NCBI GenBank assembly: GCA_000165425.1
Contig: CT868063.1
Coordinates: 62,001-126,000 of the forward strand
DNA from: Paramecium tetraurelia
Taxonomy: Eukaryota
Direction of reading: 5' to 3'
DNA: 64,000 nt
The notes beneath the pieces are model-generated. The model searched no databases, was not told where the DNA came from, and saw only the letters and a program-made list of their open reading frames with translations. A program made the position numbers and the translations under genes. Positions 1 to 13,484 of the stretch are shown here, piece after piece; positions within the stretch are counted from its first letter, which is position 1; the number at the start of each line of letters is the position of its first letter.

Positions 1-72
1 AATTTTTTAAAAATAATAAAACTGAGATTGAATAATTATAATGATTCTCATTCAAATGATCCCGAGGCCTTC

Positions 73-438
73 TCAAAATGGATTTATTAATTAATATTTA
101 GATGTGAGGATTTTAGAAAAATTTACATTACATTATAGAGAGTTGCTGATTTCTTGAATTTCATCAATGTTTTGAATCCTCACATATGCTAAGTTGTCTG
201 GGTTTAAGAATTTTTAATATTCTTCACGTAATGTTGTTTTATCCATTTTAATATTTCTTAATGGATCCTATGACTTGCAGACCCTTTATTTGATCATTTG
301 TTTTCTTTCAGTATTACTCACATTTTATTTTATGTAATCGATGAACTTTGGTCGTGTAGCTTCATTGTTTAGCCTATTAAGTAGATCATCTAGACTTTAT
401 AATTTCTCATATTTTTAGAAATAACACCTTCTTTTCAT
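73..438 (-). CDS. hypothetical protein (5' end uncertain, frame may extend upstream)
   Basis: Open in ciliate code: MKRRCYFQKYEKLQSLDDLLNRLNNEATRPKFIDY...QLINPF-TGA. Confidence 0.45.
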
Positions 439-654
439 TTTCAGATATTCTTAATAATAATAATTAATTATTCTTATAATGTTCCCGAAATATACAGGAG
501 TGATAATTACACCAAATTCTATTTAATGATGTTGATTCTGAAGAATTTAAGAAGAGTTTTTTGTGTTGAAATTAAATTTTCAAATTTGTAAAATGAACTA
601 AGAAATTATTATAAATAATGGAACAAAATATATACTATAATTATATTTTTATAA

Positions 655-1357
655 ATGAAAACAAACAATAAGAAAATTTTTCCGTCTAATACTTAAAATT
701 ACTAATCCGTTCCTTAATTGGAGCATGACAACGGGTCTACTTACAAAATGCATTAATCCACAGTTTCAAAGCCTCCACTTTCCATAGTTCCAAGTGAAGC
801 AAATTAAAGTTACTATCAAATTATAGAAAAAAATAAATTGCTATACCTTGATTATTATAGTCAATACAATGACATGAAATTTATGGAGAATATGGCAAGT
901 ATTATAATTCTTTAAATACAAGGTTTGAGACCTAAACCTGAAAAGCTAACTTTATTGGAAAATTTTCTCAATATGTTTGAGGACATGATATCTTGTCTTA
1001 TAGTCATTCAAAATACTTTACTTCTTATGAACTTTGACGCCCCTGATTTTGCATAAACGTATGGCTACTTGCCAAATATAATGGCTGATATTTTGAATAA
1101 AGACATTAAAGTAAGAAATTTGATTTATGAAGACTTTAGAGGGACTGCATTTAGAAATAGAGTTTTAATCATCACTAAGATTTTTAGAAACTGTGCTAGA
1201 AGCATTGCAATTTAATTCTGAATAAGCTAATAAAATACATCAACTTGACGTCAAAGCTTGGTCATAAAAATGCTTTAATCATCTCAATAGCTACATAGGC
1301 AATTTATAAAAATCTTAAGTATCTTAAACTACAATACTATGTCCTTGTTTTAAATGA
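655..1357 (+). CDS. hypothetical protein, one 22-nt intron (1111-1132)
   Basis: MKTNNKKIFPSN...TILCPCFK-TGA; GTAAG...AAG intron restores the frame. Confidence 0.7.
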
Positions 1358-1379
1358 TTTATATTATATTAATTTATAT

Positions 1380-2165
1380 ATGATGTAATTAAAATAGAAT
1401 CCAAATCAAAACCATCTACAATATCATACGAGAAACCATTCTTTAAATAAATCATACTCATCCAAATAGCCTTCTCCAAATCTACCATTATTACTCAGAT
1501 AATAAACAACATTTCCAGACTAGAAAATTCACAATCAAAATGAATCTAGTTATGCGAACTAGAATATAGAAATTTTGGGGGACTTTATATTGCCATCCTC
1601 TAAATTTACAAAATAGTAGAATATGATTTTGGCAGATGAACTCACAGAAAAAATCTCATCGTTACGCAATAATAAAAATTTAAATATTATTAAATAAATG
1701 GTAAGAACAAGAGTAAAAACTTAACATAGTGATTTAGAAAATTCTATGATCTCATCCCAAAGGTTGATCACAGATCCAGGTATAGTTCTTCCAAAAAAGC
1801 TGTAAAACAATTAATTCCTCATTGATAAAGAGTTAGTTTTTGAGGATGGAGTCAAATATCCTTATAGATTATATATGATGAATGTAAGGAGAAAAAACTT
1901 GATATCTTAATTACTTACTAATACAAATATAAATTCTGTGTCAAAGGATTGCTATAACGATTCTAAAAACAAAGATTTAGCAGAAAGATTGGTCGCTTAA
2001 ATTAAGAATTCATAATAATAAAAATCTAAGAATGCATTAAGATCAAAGAGTTATATGAACAATGCCTTTTATTCTTTATTGGCTTTAAACAAGAATTCCT
2101 AGTAAGCTGTTAAATTAAAATATCGATAAAATTTACCAAAAGATTCGAGGTTTTATTTAATATGA
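1380..2165 (+). CDS. hypothetical protein (261 aa, intronless)
   Basis: Continuous 786-nt frame from ATG to TGA in ciliate code. Confidence 0.7.
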
Positions 2166-2604
2166 GTTAAATATTTGTAAATACTGCTATGTGATTGATA
2201 TTCCATGAAGTCATTTGTTTTATAATGCTTTGATTATCTCCTAATCAGTTTTCTAACTAAAATCAATATTTCATATTTTTTATTAAGAGAAACATAATTT
2301 AATCAATACATAATTAATAAAGAATATTTATTTTATACATAAACTAATAATAAATATATATATAAATGGTAAGTTTTATTACTACATTAGCTTATTACAT
2401 AACAATTTAAGTTATTTGTTGTAATTATTTTTTTAATCTTTATCATTTATTGATGGTATGACAGAGATATAAAAAACATAATAATAATTTTTGTTTCTCT
2501 AATATTGAATTTCAATATAGAATTCTAAACTATCAAATTAACTAAAAGTAAAATACTAGTGACAAATAATTAAACTCATATTAAAAATATTATAATTAAT
2601 TATA

Positions 2605-3941
2605 ATGAAATATTTACATTTATTTAAACTTGTTGTCTTTTTGCATAGTTCATATATGGTATTAGGGGATGAGGTTGAAAATGAAAATGAGCCTCACCAT
2701 CATAGATATAGCCCCTCAGACGGAACATTTTGGGTATTCCTTTTATATGCAATTGGATTGTCTCTTTTAGCAGCATTCTGTTCAGGAAATACTCAAGGAT
2801 TGCTATCAATAGATATGTTGAATTTGGAACTTAAGTAGAAGAGTGGAACAGAATATGAGAAGAAAGTGGTAATAAATCTATCTATTCAAGGCTTAAATAC
2901 TGCTGCCTGTCATTTCTCAGCACCACTTATTATTATCAACTTTGTTGGTTGGAAATGCTTTTGCTTGTGAAACCTTGCCAATAATTTTACATCAATTGGC
3001 CCCAGATTGGTTAGCAATTCTGATATCTGCAGGGATCATAGTGTTGTTTGGAGAGATAATTCCATCAGCATTTACAACAGGCCCAGATTAATTAGTAATT
3101 GGAATGAAAATGATTCCTTACGTAAAAGTATTACAAGCCATACTATACATAATTTGCTATCCATTGAGTCTGTTGCTAGATTATGTATTGGGAGTGCATC
3201 TCCATCAAAGATACAAGATAAAAGATGTAAGAGGGTTGCTGAATTTGCATGCCCAAGATAGTGGACACGGAAATAATGCTTAATTGTCTAAGGATTAGAT
3301 GTAATTGCTGGATTCTATGATGGAAATGAGAAAGCAAACAGTAATGAAGAATTGCAAAGACATAAAGAAAGTCTTCATGATAAATGCAGAGGAACGATAT
3401 AGTTCAGACTTAAAAAATAAAATCAGAATAAAAGGATTCTCAAAGATTCCAGTTTATCAGGGATAAAACAAAGATTAAATAATCGGGACAATACAAGCTA
3501 AGTCTATTCTGAAATTGACAGCTTAAGATTATGGTAGGCCATTGTCGTCTCTGCTATAGATGCAAGAACCATTGATAGTTCCAAAAGATACCACCATGTT
3601 AGAAATGCTTATGTTGTTCCAACATGAACGAAAATCGCTGGCTTTCATTTGTGATAAAGGAAAAAAAGTACAAGAATATAATACAATGAATGTAATTCTA
3701 TTTATCTCATTTGTAGATATCAAATTTAATCGTTGAAGGATAAAATAATATAATTGCATTGATTGGTTTGACGGATGTATTCGAAGAGATGCTTGATTTT
3801 GAGATTGAAGATGAAGATGTTCATGGAACCTTGCGTGATTATCCAAGATAGAGAAATAAGTATACTGAATTGAAAGTCATAACTGAAGAGTAAGAAAGGT
3901 AAGGTAAGGGACGCGAATTGAAATAGAAACTATTATCATGA
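2605..3941 (+). CDS. CNNM: CNNM/DUF21 + CBS-domain metal (Mg2+) transporter
   Basis: Signal peptide; LAAFCSGNTQGLLSID, HHLLLSTLLVGN, LFGEIIPS, GFSKIPVY, DVFEEMLDFEIEDE; introns 2869-2890 and 3692-3716. Confidence 0.9.
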
Positions 3942-4316
3942 TATCAAATTGCGTTCATTGTATCGATAGTATTACAATTTCTTTAAAATATCCTTTACAT
4001 TCTTATTGCTTCTAATATAGAGTGGTTCTTATGTCAAATTCAAAAGGACTGGCTCTGGTAGAGTTCGTTATTTTTATACTTTTGTTGTTGTATCCATTGT
4101 AGGAGCAGTGGGTAATCTACGTTGTACTGAAATAGCTCTTCTTTTTGGTACTGATGTCCTGCTTTAGATTCTTGTATAAAATTTTTAACTCAGAGGTTCT
4201 AATATTAGAGTTTAGTTATGTTGAGCTTTGACCATTTTATTCTTTGCTGAACTAGGATACCAAGGACCAAAAGTACTGGCTAGACTTGGAGATTAATTTG
4301 ATTGCCAATCGTTCAT
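3936..4316 (-). CDS. hypothetical protein (126 aa)
   Basis: MNDWQSNQSPSLASTFGPW...RYNERNLIS-TGA, 381-nt open frame. Confidence 0.6.
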
Positions 4317-4399
4317 TATTAAAATAATAATGATCAAATTATCGAAGGTTGGCAATTGCATCTAAAATCATTTAAATCAAATCTCTCAAATAAATTGCT

Positions 4400-7300
4400 A
4401 TGTCTTCTATTGAAGAGGAAGATACTTAGAAATCTGCTGATGTTCAATTTATGCACTCTAGAATTCTAAGAATTCTTAAGGTTTAGCTCATTTTTGTGAC
4501 AATGTGTGATTTACAGGAACTACTAAACCTGCTATTGAATTTGAATATCAACATTTTATATCAAATCTTTCTATGATGGCTAATGCTGATATCTGTCGTA
4601 ACGAATACTTATTTCGAATTTACTGTAACTTATGATTAATTAGATTGAGCATTAGATAGATTTTGCTAATTCTTCAAGCATCCTATTTTAAAGAATCACA
4701 AATTTAAAGAGAAATGCAATTCAATCGGTATTTACAGTGTGATTTTTGGATAAAATTTTAATAAGTAAAATATTAGAACCATCTAAGTCCTCCTATTAGT
4801 AATTTTTTATAGGAAATTAAGATACCCTTGGTTATGGTAATAGACAATAAGTTGTAGATTTTCGTTACTATCATATAGATTAATCAAATTAGTTATTTAT
4901 GAATAGTAATTTGTTGAATTATTGTTAAACTAAGCCACTCATATGCTTTGCAATATTCAAATAAAAATTTCAATAGACCAGATGTAGAAATAGAATGTTC
5001 TCAAATCAAAAAGAGGATTGCATATGTATTTATGCTTAGTTGAATTTCTGCAAACAAAAGCATAAATTTTCTAAAAAGTTCAATCAAACTAACTCTTTAC
5101 TTTAATTATCTTGAAAGAATAAATCTTTTTGATTTATTAACAGATTTATGGGTGAATTTATTTTATAAGTAGAAAGTAGAACTGTGAGAAAATAATTGAT
5201 TGTAGATTTGATAACAAATATAATTAAAACTTCATTTTTTCTTAACTTAGAACTACAGAGTAATTGGATTATATTTTACTCTCTGCTTCAATAGAATTGG
5301 AGGCCTAACATGATTCTAATTTATAATTTAGAGTACAGAAATGGCTAAAATATCTTTAAACTAGGGTAAGGTATTATTTTTTAATAAAATAAATAAATCT
5401 AGAGAATTAATAAGGGCTTATGTTATAGATGATTTGACAAGAGAGTAATTTGAAGAATGTAACTAATCAAATAATCCTATCCCTACTATAGAAAGATTTC
5501 TCTATGGATGCCGAATTTGGATGCTTTTGGAGAGAAATATAATACCATCAAAATCTTTTGACAAGAAAGAATAATTTTTGGTTTGCTTGTGAAGTTAGAA
5601 ATCAAGTGTTATTGAGCATAATCACACATTTGCAGAGATAAATATAGGTTTCATTACCTAACTAATGTGCCACTTCTTCCAGATATATATTCAATATTGT
5701 GAGTATATTATAAAAATATATTATAAAATGAAATCTCTCCAAAAATTACTCAAAAATAACAAAGACATGGGACATTAATACATTGATTTTATGTAGCTGT
5801 TTGAAAAGAAATTGAAATCGTGTATCATAAATCACAATTCACGTAAAAATATTCTTGCTCAATACAAATAACAACAATACATCCATTCTCCAATGCCTTT
5901 TTTTGAATCTGAAGAGCTGGTAGTATATGGTTCTTTTGAGAATAGTAATATTCATGGATGTTGTCAAGAAGAAAAGGGAGTGTTGAATGTTCTACTTTCC
6001 AGTGATACTAATACTTAGGGTTGCACTTAATGGTTTTACTTTGGAATTAAGATGCACAACAAAGGAAAACTAAAAATACGTATATTAAATAATCGTAGAT
6101 AAAACACTCTCTTTAAAGACTGCAATCATGTTTATGTGTTTGATAATGAAAAATGGAGTGTTGGTTAAACCTAAGAGATGTACTATTATAGAACAAACAT
6201 TAATCACCCATTCTATCATCACGAAGATGCTGGCATAGCTTAACTTCAATAGAACTTTTCTTTGTACACATTAGAGTTCACGTACGAATTCAAACAGAGT
6301 GAAAAAATTGTATTTTTTGCATTAACTCGACCATATCCAGTCAAAAAACTTTAAAGATTCATTGATTAGTGTCCATTAAAAAGAAAGTCAGTCTGCATCA
6401 CAACCTTGGGATTGCCAATTTGGTAGATCAAGACTCCAAAATAGAATGGATAATAAATTGTTGTAATTTTGGCTCGTCAACATCCGAGTGAAACAGCTGG
6501 ATCTTTTATTTGTTAAGAGATCTTACGTATACTATGTAAAGGACATTAAAGTATGTAAAAGTATAGATTCATAATATATCCAATGGTAAATCCAGATGGT
6601 GTTTTTCTGGGGAATTCTCGTTGTAATTTTAATGGCGTCGACTTAAATAGGTAATATGAATATAAATTGTAGAAAATGGGACAATCCAAAATAAAAAACA
6701 GAACCTGAGGTGCATTATGTTCTTAAATCAATATCAAAATATTCTAACATTGCATTTATGATAGATTTGCATGGTCATTCAAAAAAGTTCAATCAATTTC
6801 TTTATGGTTGTTTACATGGCAAGAGTGTATCAGAGTATATGAGGATAAGATAGTTTGGGAAGATTCTCGCTCATCATAATGAAGTTTTCTCATTTAAAGT
6901 ACCTTAATATTTAATAGAGGGATTGTTCATATGGTGTTAGTCCTGATAGATTTGGTACGGCTAGAGTGGCATTATGGAAGAGATTGAATATAGCAAATTC
7001 AATGACAATAGAAACGAGCATCTACGGTTAAATGGGACGAGCCTTTGGCTTAGAAGATTACCATGCCCTTGCTTAAAATATATTGCGAGCACTTGACCTT
7101 TATAATGAGCAGGTGGACTCGCCAGAATTGAACATCAATAGAGAGATGAGCAAGGCACTAAAATATGATAGTGGAAGTGATTCGGAGGCAGAATAGGATT
7201 TGATTATTCCAAAACCAAACAGGATTAAAATCACGTCGAGAAAGGAATCTTCATGTAAGCATTAATCCGTTGGATATGGAGGAATTAAACAGAAAATAGA

Positions 7301-7520
7301 GACTCCTCAATTGATACACCAACATAGTTAATTTTTCAAAGATTAGTCGTTTGTTGAATTGTTACCGCAACCTTCCAAGCTTCTTAGTCACAGTCAAAAC
7401 AGAGTTCAACTTTAGAAGATAAGGTCTCGAATGAACTCATTCTAAAGCCAATACATAGAGGAATAGCCTAAATTAGGAAGTATGATATCAGCATTGCAAG
7501 TGAAATAATTATTTAAATGA
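4400..7520 (+). CDS. cytosolic zinc carboxypeptidase, M14 (CCP/AGBL/Nna1-like tubulin deglutamylase); 5' exon structure unresolved
   Basis: [55 protein letters not shown] motifs between ~5935 and 7020. Confidence 0.85.
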
Positions 7521-8943
7521 AATTAATTCTTGCTCTTCTCATGACAATAGCATATTGTACAAATGATGCTATCAAAAAAAATGTCGATAATATCAGATAA
7601 GCCATCAATAGTGGGCCTAACAAGCATTAGGCTTATGATAAATTGGCTTATATTGTTGACACATTTGGTCCTAGGATGTGGGCATAACCTAGTATGGCAT
7701 TAGCTGTTGATTATCTTTATAATTAAATACGAAATTGGGATGCAACCAAAAGTGGTTTGGTGGAGGTTAGATTAGAAGAATTGGATGAGATATCAACTTG
7801 GGTGAGAGAGAGCGAACAACTAATTTTAAAGAGTCCAAGAAAGAGACCTCAAAAATTAGGAATGATCGGACTTGGTTTTAATTGTACCAGGCAATATAAA
7901 GGATGGAGAAGTCGTCGTAGTTAGAAACTGGAGTGAATTGGATGAGAAGGGTAAAGCCAACAAGATTTAAGGTATATTCAACATACATTTTTTAGGAAAA
8001 ATTGTGTGTTATAATGTTGCATGGACAACCTATGATGACTTGAAGTTTTATAGACAACAAGGACCAGATAGAGCATCTGCCTATGGAGCTATTGCTGTAC
8101 TATTGAGAAGTGTTGCTTCATTTTCAATCTATAGTCCACATACAGGAAATGTGAGATATTCTGGTACATTCACCAAGATTCCTGCCGCTGCTATTACAGT
8201 TGAAGACGCTGAGATGCTCCAAAGAATGTAAGACAGAGGATAGAAGATTACTGTGGATTTAGAATTAAATAATAAAATGATGCCTTCTAAAAGTCATAAC
8301 ATCATTGCTGAGATCAAAGGTTCAAAATATCCCGATTAAATTATTTTGATGGGGGGTCATTTTGATTCATGGGATACAGGAAGTTAGACAGGAGCCATGG
8401 ATGATGGCGCAGGAACTCTAGTTACTCTAGAAGCCCTTAAAGTAGTGGCTGATCTAGGAATCCAACCTCTGAGAACTTTGAGATGGATTGCTTGGAGTGG
8501 TGAAGAAATGGGACTCCCTAATAATGGAAATCAACACTATGCTAAATATCATGGAGATGAGGATCATGTAGTTGCACTTGAGAACGACGTTGGTCAATTG
8601 ACAGCCATAGGATTTGGATTTTCAGGAAAATTATAAACTAGTAGAATGGTCAGATAATTGATTATGAACTATATTCCTGAATTGTCAGTTGTCAATGAAA
8701 ATGATGGGTAAATATGAGTTGCTTATGTTAGATCTGGAGTTATACAAAACCTTAGGGGATAAAGGAGTTCCATTGATGAGAAATATCTACAAAGATCCTA
8801 ATGATGACTATTATTTCAAATATCATCATTCGGCTGGAGATACAATGAATATTTTAAATCCTGATGAAATGGATTCCAATGTGTTTGCCATCAGTTCAAT
8901 GATGTACATCATAGCTGATAATCCTGAGAGATTACCCAAATGA
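7517..8943 (+). CDS. CPQ: carboxypeptidase Q / plasma glutamate carboxypeptidase (M28), secreted; two apparent frame disruptions
   Basis: Signal [63 protein letters not shown]; introns 7972-7995 and 8708-8731. Confidence 0.85.
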
Positions 8944-8974
8944 TTTATCATAATAAATATTGATTAAAATTCAA

Positions 8975-10299
8975 ATGAAAAGAGATGATTAAGTGTATAT
9001 GTCCTCCATACAACTTTGGAATGGAATCGATACTCCTATTCATTAGAGTACTAATCTTTTTAGCTAAAAATTTAAGGAGAGTTAAGAATTTAATTGCAAT
9101 AGTCTCCAGGCCATGTGTCATCACCATCCTCAAAAAAAAGTACATATTTTATCTTGATTTTCAGGCTAAATACCTATTGTTGAACGATTAAAGACCAAAT
9201 GAAAAGCTATGCACTAAATGCGCTGTTCTATTAGCTCAATAAGGGAATAAAATTGAAAATATAGAAGAAGGTAATTTGCGTAATAATTCCTAGACAATAT
9301 CAAGAAAAAACAAACTGATTCATTCATCGAGCAATTATTATAAACAAAAAGTGAAATAGACAATGTTCATTCCAATTTATTATCAACTGAAGCCAATCTT
9401 AAAAAGTTTTATAATGACCAATATACTCAAGTTGTTAAGACTTTTGGAGGTATCGAGAAATAATTATAAATGGTAATTTCTACTATCTATCTTCCAAGTG
9501 CAAATCTAAATTACTCTGTTCCTTATCATAATCACTTTGGTCTGGAGTGCAGATTACCAATTAGTTAAAAGTATAATCTAAATAAATTGAACATTAATTG
9601 GCAACCTACATCACAGACATCAAAAATCATTATGATAAAATCGTCTAAATGGGTACTCTACCATTTAATCAAATTATGGGTGGGTATAGTAGTAAACTAT
9701 TCAAATTATAACAATATCTTAAAGATATCCAGGAGAATAAAGTTGCCTATCTCCATTATGAAGGGAAAGTAAGTACTTTGGATACATTTTTAAAAGAACT
9801 TAGCAAATTGACTGAAAAGGATTATCAAAATAAGAAAAGAAATCATGAAAGCACGAGATCAAGTTCTGAATAGAAAACTTCTAAAAGTGCTGAGAAGGAA
9901 AAGAGGAATCAGAGCCAACCTAACAGTAAGGATTTAAAAAGTTTTGAGAATTCAGAAAAAAAAACTACCCAAACTTTTAAAATTACTGAAGAATCAATTG
10001 AAGAATGGATGGAAAATTCTAACTCTAAGCAATAACGCACAGAACCAGCTGAATAATTATAAAGTCCAAATGTTTTAACCTCTAAATTTAATAGAAAACA
10101 ACTTCCTCCAAGTAGAGCTTCTATGAAATAAGAAACTAATTAAGCCATACTAGATAAACTAATTTCAGAATTTTCTTAAATCAAGTAAGAAAGAGCAATG
10201 AAAAAGTAATCTAAGACTCCTGAATTAAGTAAATCAGTTAAGGAAGCCTTTCCTAACAAATTATCACCCAAATTTCTTTACAAAAATTATTATAAATGA
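8975..10299 (+). CDS. hypothetical protein with N-terminal Cys/His (B-box-like) motif and coiled coil
   Basis: CHHHPQKKAKY...LCTKCA across two ~23-25-nt introns; ends ...KNYYK-TGA. Confidence 0.65.
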
Positions 10300-10584
10300 T
10301 TTGATTCACTGATTCACAACTTTGTATTATTTAAATTTGATAATGAATTTTAGGTTTTAATTTTACTATCATCATTTTTTTAAGAATAGTTTCATAAGTT
10401 GTTTTTAAATCATCTTAAAGAATGCATCTATAAATGCTCTGATTAAGATGAGGAATTTGTTAGTTTTGGCTTAAAGTTAAGTCATGAGAGCATAACTTTC
10501 AGTTTGCATCTCCTATATTCATACCTGGCTATACTCATTGAAATAATAATAATAAGTTAGTTATTTTATTTTACATGATAAAAT

Positions 10585-12015
10585 TCACTCTATTGAATCA
10601 AAAATATCTCCTTTGCCACTTCTTCCCTTTCTCTTCTTGAACTCTTTATTCTTGGCCTATTAAGATTTTTCTTGGGCAGCTTATTGAATTCTTTCATCCA
10701 TTTCATCAAATTCATTATCCTATGACTAGCTATTATCGATAAACCATTCTTTTGGAAGATCATCTGGATTAACAGTATCCATATCTAAAGACTCAAAGTG
10801 CTTCTTCTAAAAGTCAGTAAGTACTATTATATATTATATATTAATAAAATACAATCCTTCTTTTCCTGTTCTGTCAATTCCTTATCGATTTCTGCATCAT
10901 CATCTTCGCCATCCTCATCCTTCATACCTTTTCTCTATTCCTTCTTTAATTGTTCTCTATTTCTCTATTATTCCACCTTATTGAGCATAAATTCATCATA
11001 CAACAAATCATCCAATTATTTCTCTTGAATCAATCTCTTTTCTCTTTAAACCTCTGCATCATTTCCCAAAGCCTTTAATTTCAAATATTATTCTAACTTT
11101 TCTGGTTAGTAAAGATAATTTCCTATGAATTATTGGGGTGCATTTTCTCTGATTGATTTTAATTCTTCCATAGTTCTATAACGTCTTTCATCTACATTGT
11201 ATAGCCAAGAAAATTTGGGTGTAGTTTTCAATCTATTAATAAGGTGATCAATTTCTGCTTGGATTGATCTTGGGAAATCGCCTTCAGTTTGGAGTTTGAT
11301 AAGAATATCTAACAATTTAATCAAGTCTGGTAATCTAGATATTTTTTGTTATCTAACTATGTCTTTCACTACAGGATCAAACAAGTCAGGTTCAAAATAT
11401 TTGGCACTTATGCAGGCATTCAAAATTCTAAATTATTAGCCAGGCTGATATTTTAGACTTTTCTTATACTCTTTAACGAGGATATTGTGACATTAGGATT
11501 TCATCAAATCAAATAGATATTTTCTTTACAGATTTTTATTTTTGCCACAAGCTTCAATTAATTCAAGTGCTTCATACCATTTTCTCTTAGATTTTGGATG
11601 CATACGAAATTCTGCATCGAAGAAATTGTGTAAGTATTGATTATCAATTGAAAGGGATATAAATCCATAGAGAGCCCCAAATGCTAATCTTGATGGAAAT
11701 TCACCTTTGAATTTATAAAGACATTTTTCTATCTTTTTAATAACAATTTCATCGTATTCCCCATCTTTTCCCATATGATAAAGAAGTTGTCCTATTGATT
11801 TTGCATAAAAATCATTATCAGGGTTTTCTTTGACTGCTTTAAGTAAGTCTTTGCTGCTTGAGTGATAAAAAGTCTCTGAATTGATATTGAGATCATCCAT
11901 ATAAGCTCCCCAATTGGTATTGTCCTTTATGAGCTTCCAGTCTTTTTTAAGTACAAATTTGCAGCCGTATGTTGGGATGAAGCATAATCTGAGATATTTT
12001 GCTTAGAAGCAGCAT
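10585..12015 (-). CDS. uncharacterised protein, possibly mitochondrial (N-terminus needs a 1-nt shift)
   Basis: Joins track ORFs 11526-11900 and 11130-11324 through TAA=Gln; ends GKGDIFDSIE-TGA; basic/hydroxylated leader MLLLSK(Y)LRLCF. Confidence 0.7.
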
Positions 12016-12105
12016 AATTAATATATTTATTATTTCAGACAAATAGTTAAAACACAAGTAATTTTTAAATTGAATAAATACATACAATTTTTATTTTGAA
12101 TTCAA

Positions 12106-13466
12106 TCAAATTAATGCTTGATCATCATTAGCTTTCTCTTTGTAATATTCAGCAATTGTAAAGTCAAGATTGTCTCCATGTTCTTCATCTTAATTGATTC
12201 GATGTCGTATAGGTTATAGTTCATTGCTCTTTTCGCTCTCTTTCTTTAAGTCCACTACCAACAGAACAGCAATATAAGAAACCATCATCAACATATTTAT
12301 CGGATTAAACAAGTGATGATCAAATCTTTCATAATACAAGTAAAATTAACTCTTTTAGAAGGAATAGACGATGAAAAAAATGATGTCAATTACAAACAGG
12401 TCAAGTCCTAACAGATAAAAGGTTAGCTTATACTTATTAAATTCGAATGTAAACTAATCATGACTTCGTAAGCAAATATCCCAGAATAAACTAAGAAGCA
12501 TAGCCAACACACAATCATGATTGTATGAATGTTGTCGACTTGATTTTCTAAGTCCTTTATTACAAATGATTAACTATCAAAGGCAATTAACCATCTATCG
12601 ATACTAATAGGGATAATGACAAATATTGTTATTAGTGTGTTTCTACCTTTATTGGTGTTGTTATCCTACCCTTTTAGGAAGGAGAGAACTTGTAGGAAGT
12701 ATCTCAAAAATAGAAATTCTCCAATTGCATAGCATGTTTATCCGATCAACCACTCTACTGCTTCGAATTCAGAGAAGTAACACAAGGGTCTAAGTGGTTG
12801 AGCAATCAAAATTATAATCAAAAGCATGTGATGCTAATTATCTTTGATATATTTTCCTAAAGGCAGAAGATTCTCTTCATCCTCATTGATCATTTTGATA
12901 GCCAATGCCAAAATGACAAAGCATAAGAAGGTAACAAAGGAATCTTCTAAATATTTTAAATTATTTTTGAAATAAGCCTCTAATTCTATGTCCAAACCCT
13001 TAACAAAAATAACATATGCTGAAACTTTGATTAATTCAGGTGTCATTAGATAATTTTCATTCCCATCTGAGTCACCTGATTTAAACTCATAAGGTAAGGC
13101 TTTTAAATGATGCCTACTCAATTCCTCAATGCCAGCTTAATTCTCATTGACTATGGGGAATGAATTATTAGTGTCAACCACTATCAGTTCAGTTATATTT
13201 AGTTATTACTCTGCAGGGAATTACTAGTAATAAATCACAATGTCAGGTATGTGTTCTAAAGGTGTTTATGTACGAAAGTAGAATGTGACCATAGTTTCAT
13301 TGGATTCCCAAATGTAGCCACAACATTATATGCTTTTGTTATTATTGTCGAGCTTGGTTTCACATTGTCGATTTAGCTTGTCTGATTCAATGAATTAGAG
13401 ATCCAACGATTTATCAACAAAATAGAATACCGCTATTGATGCCACATAAATAATTAAAATTTTCAT
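12106..13466 (-). CDS. multi-pass membrane protein with signal peptide
   Basis: MKILIIYVASIAVFYF leader, lumenal domain, then several hydrophobic helices; ends DDQALI-TGA. Confidence 0.7.
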
Positions 13467-13484
13467 TATTTTATTAACTGTTAG

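Noticed and set aside
10300..10580. Possible small gene between convergent genes
   Set aside because: No convincing ATG-to-TGA model on either strand
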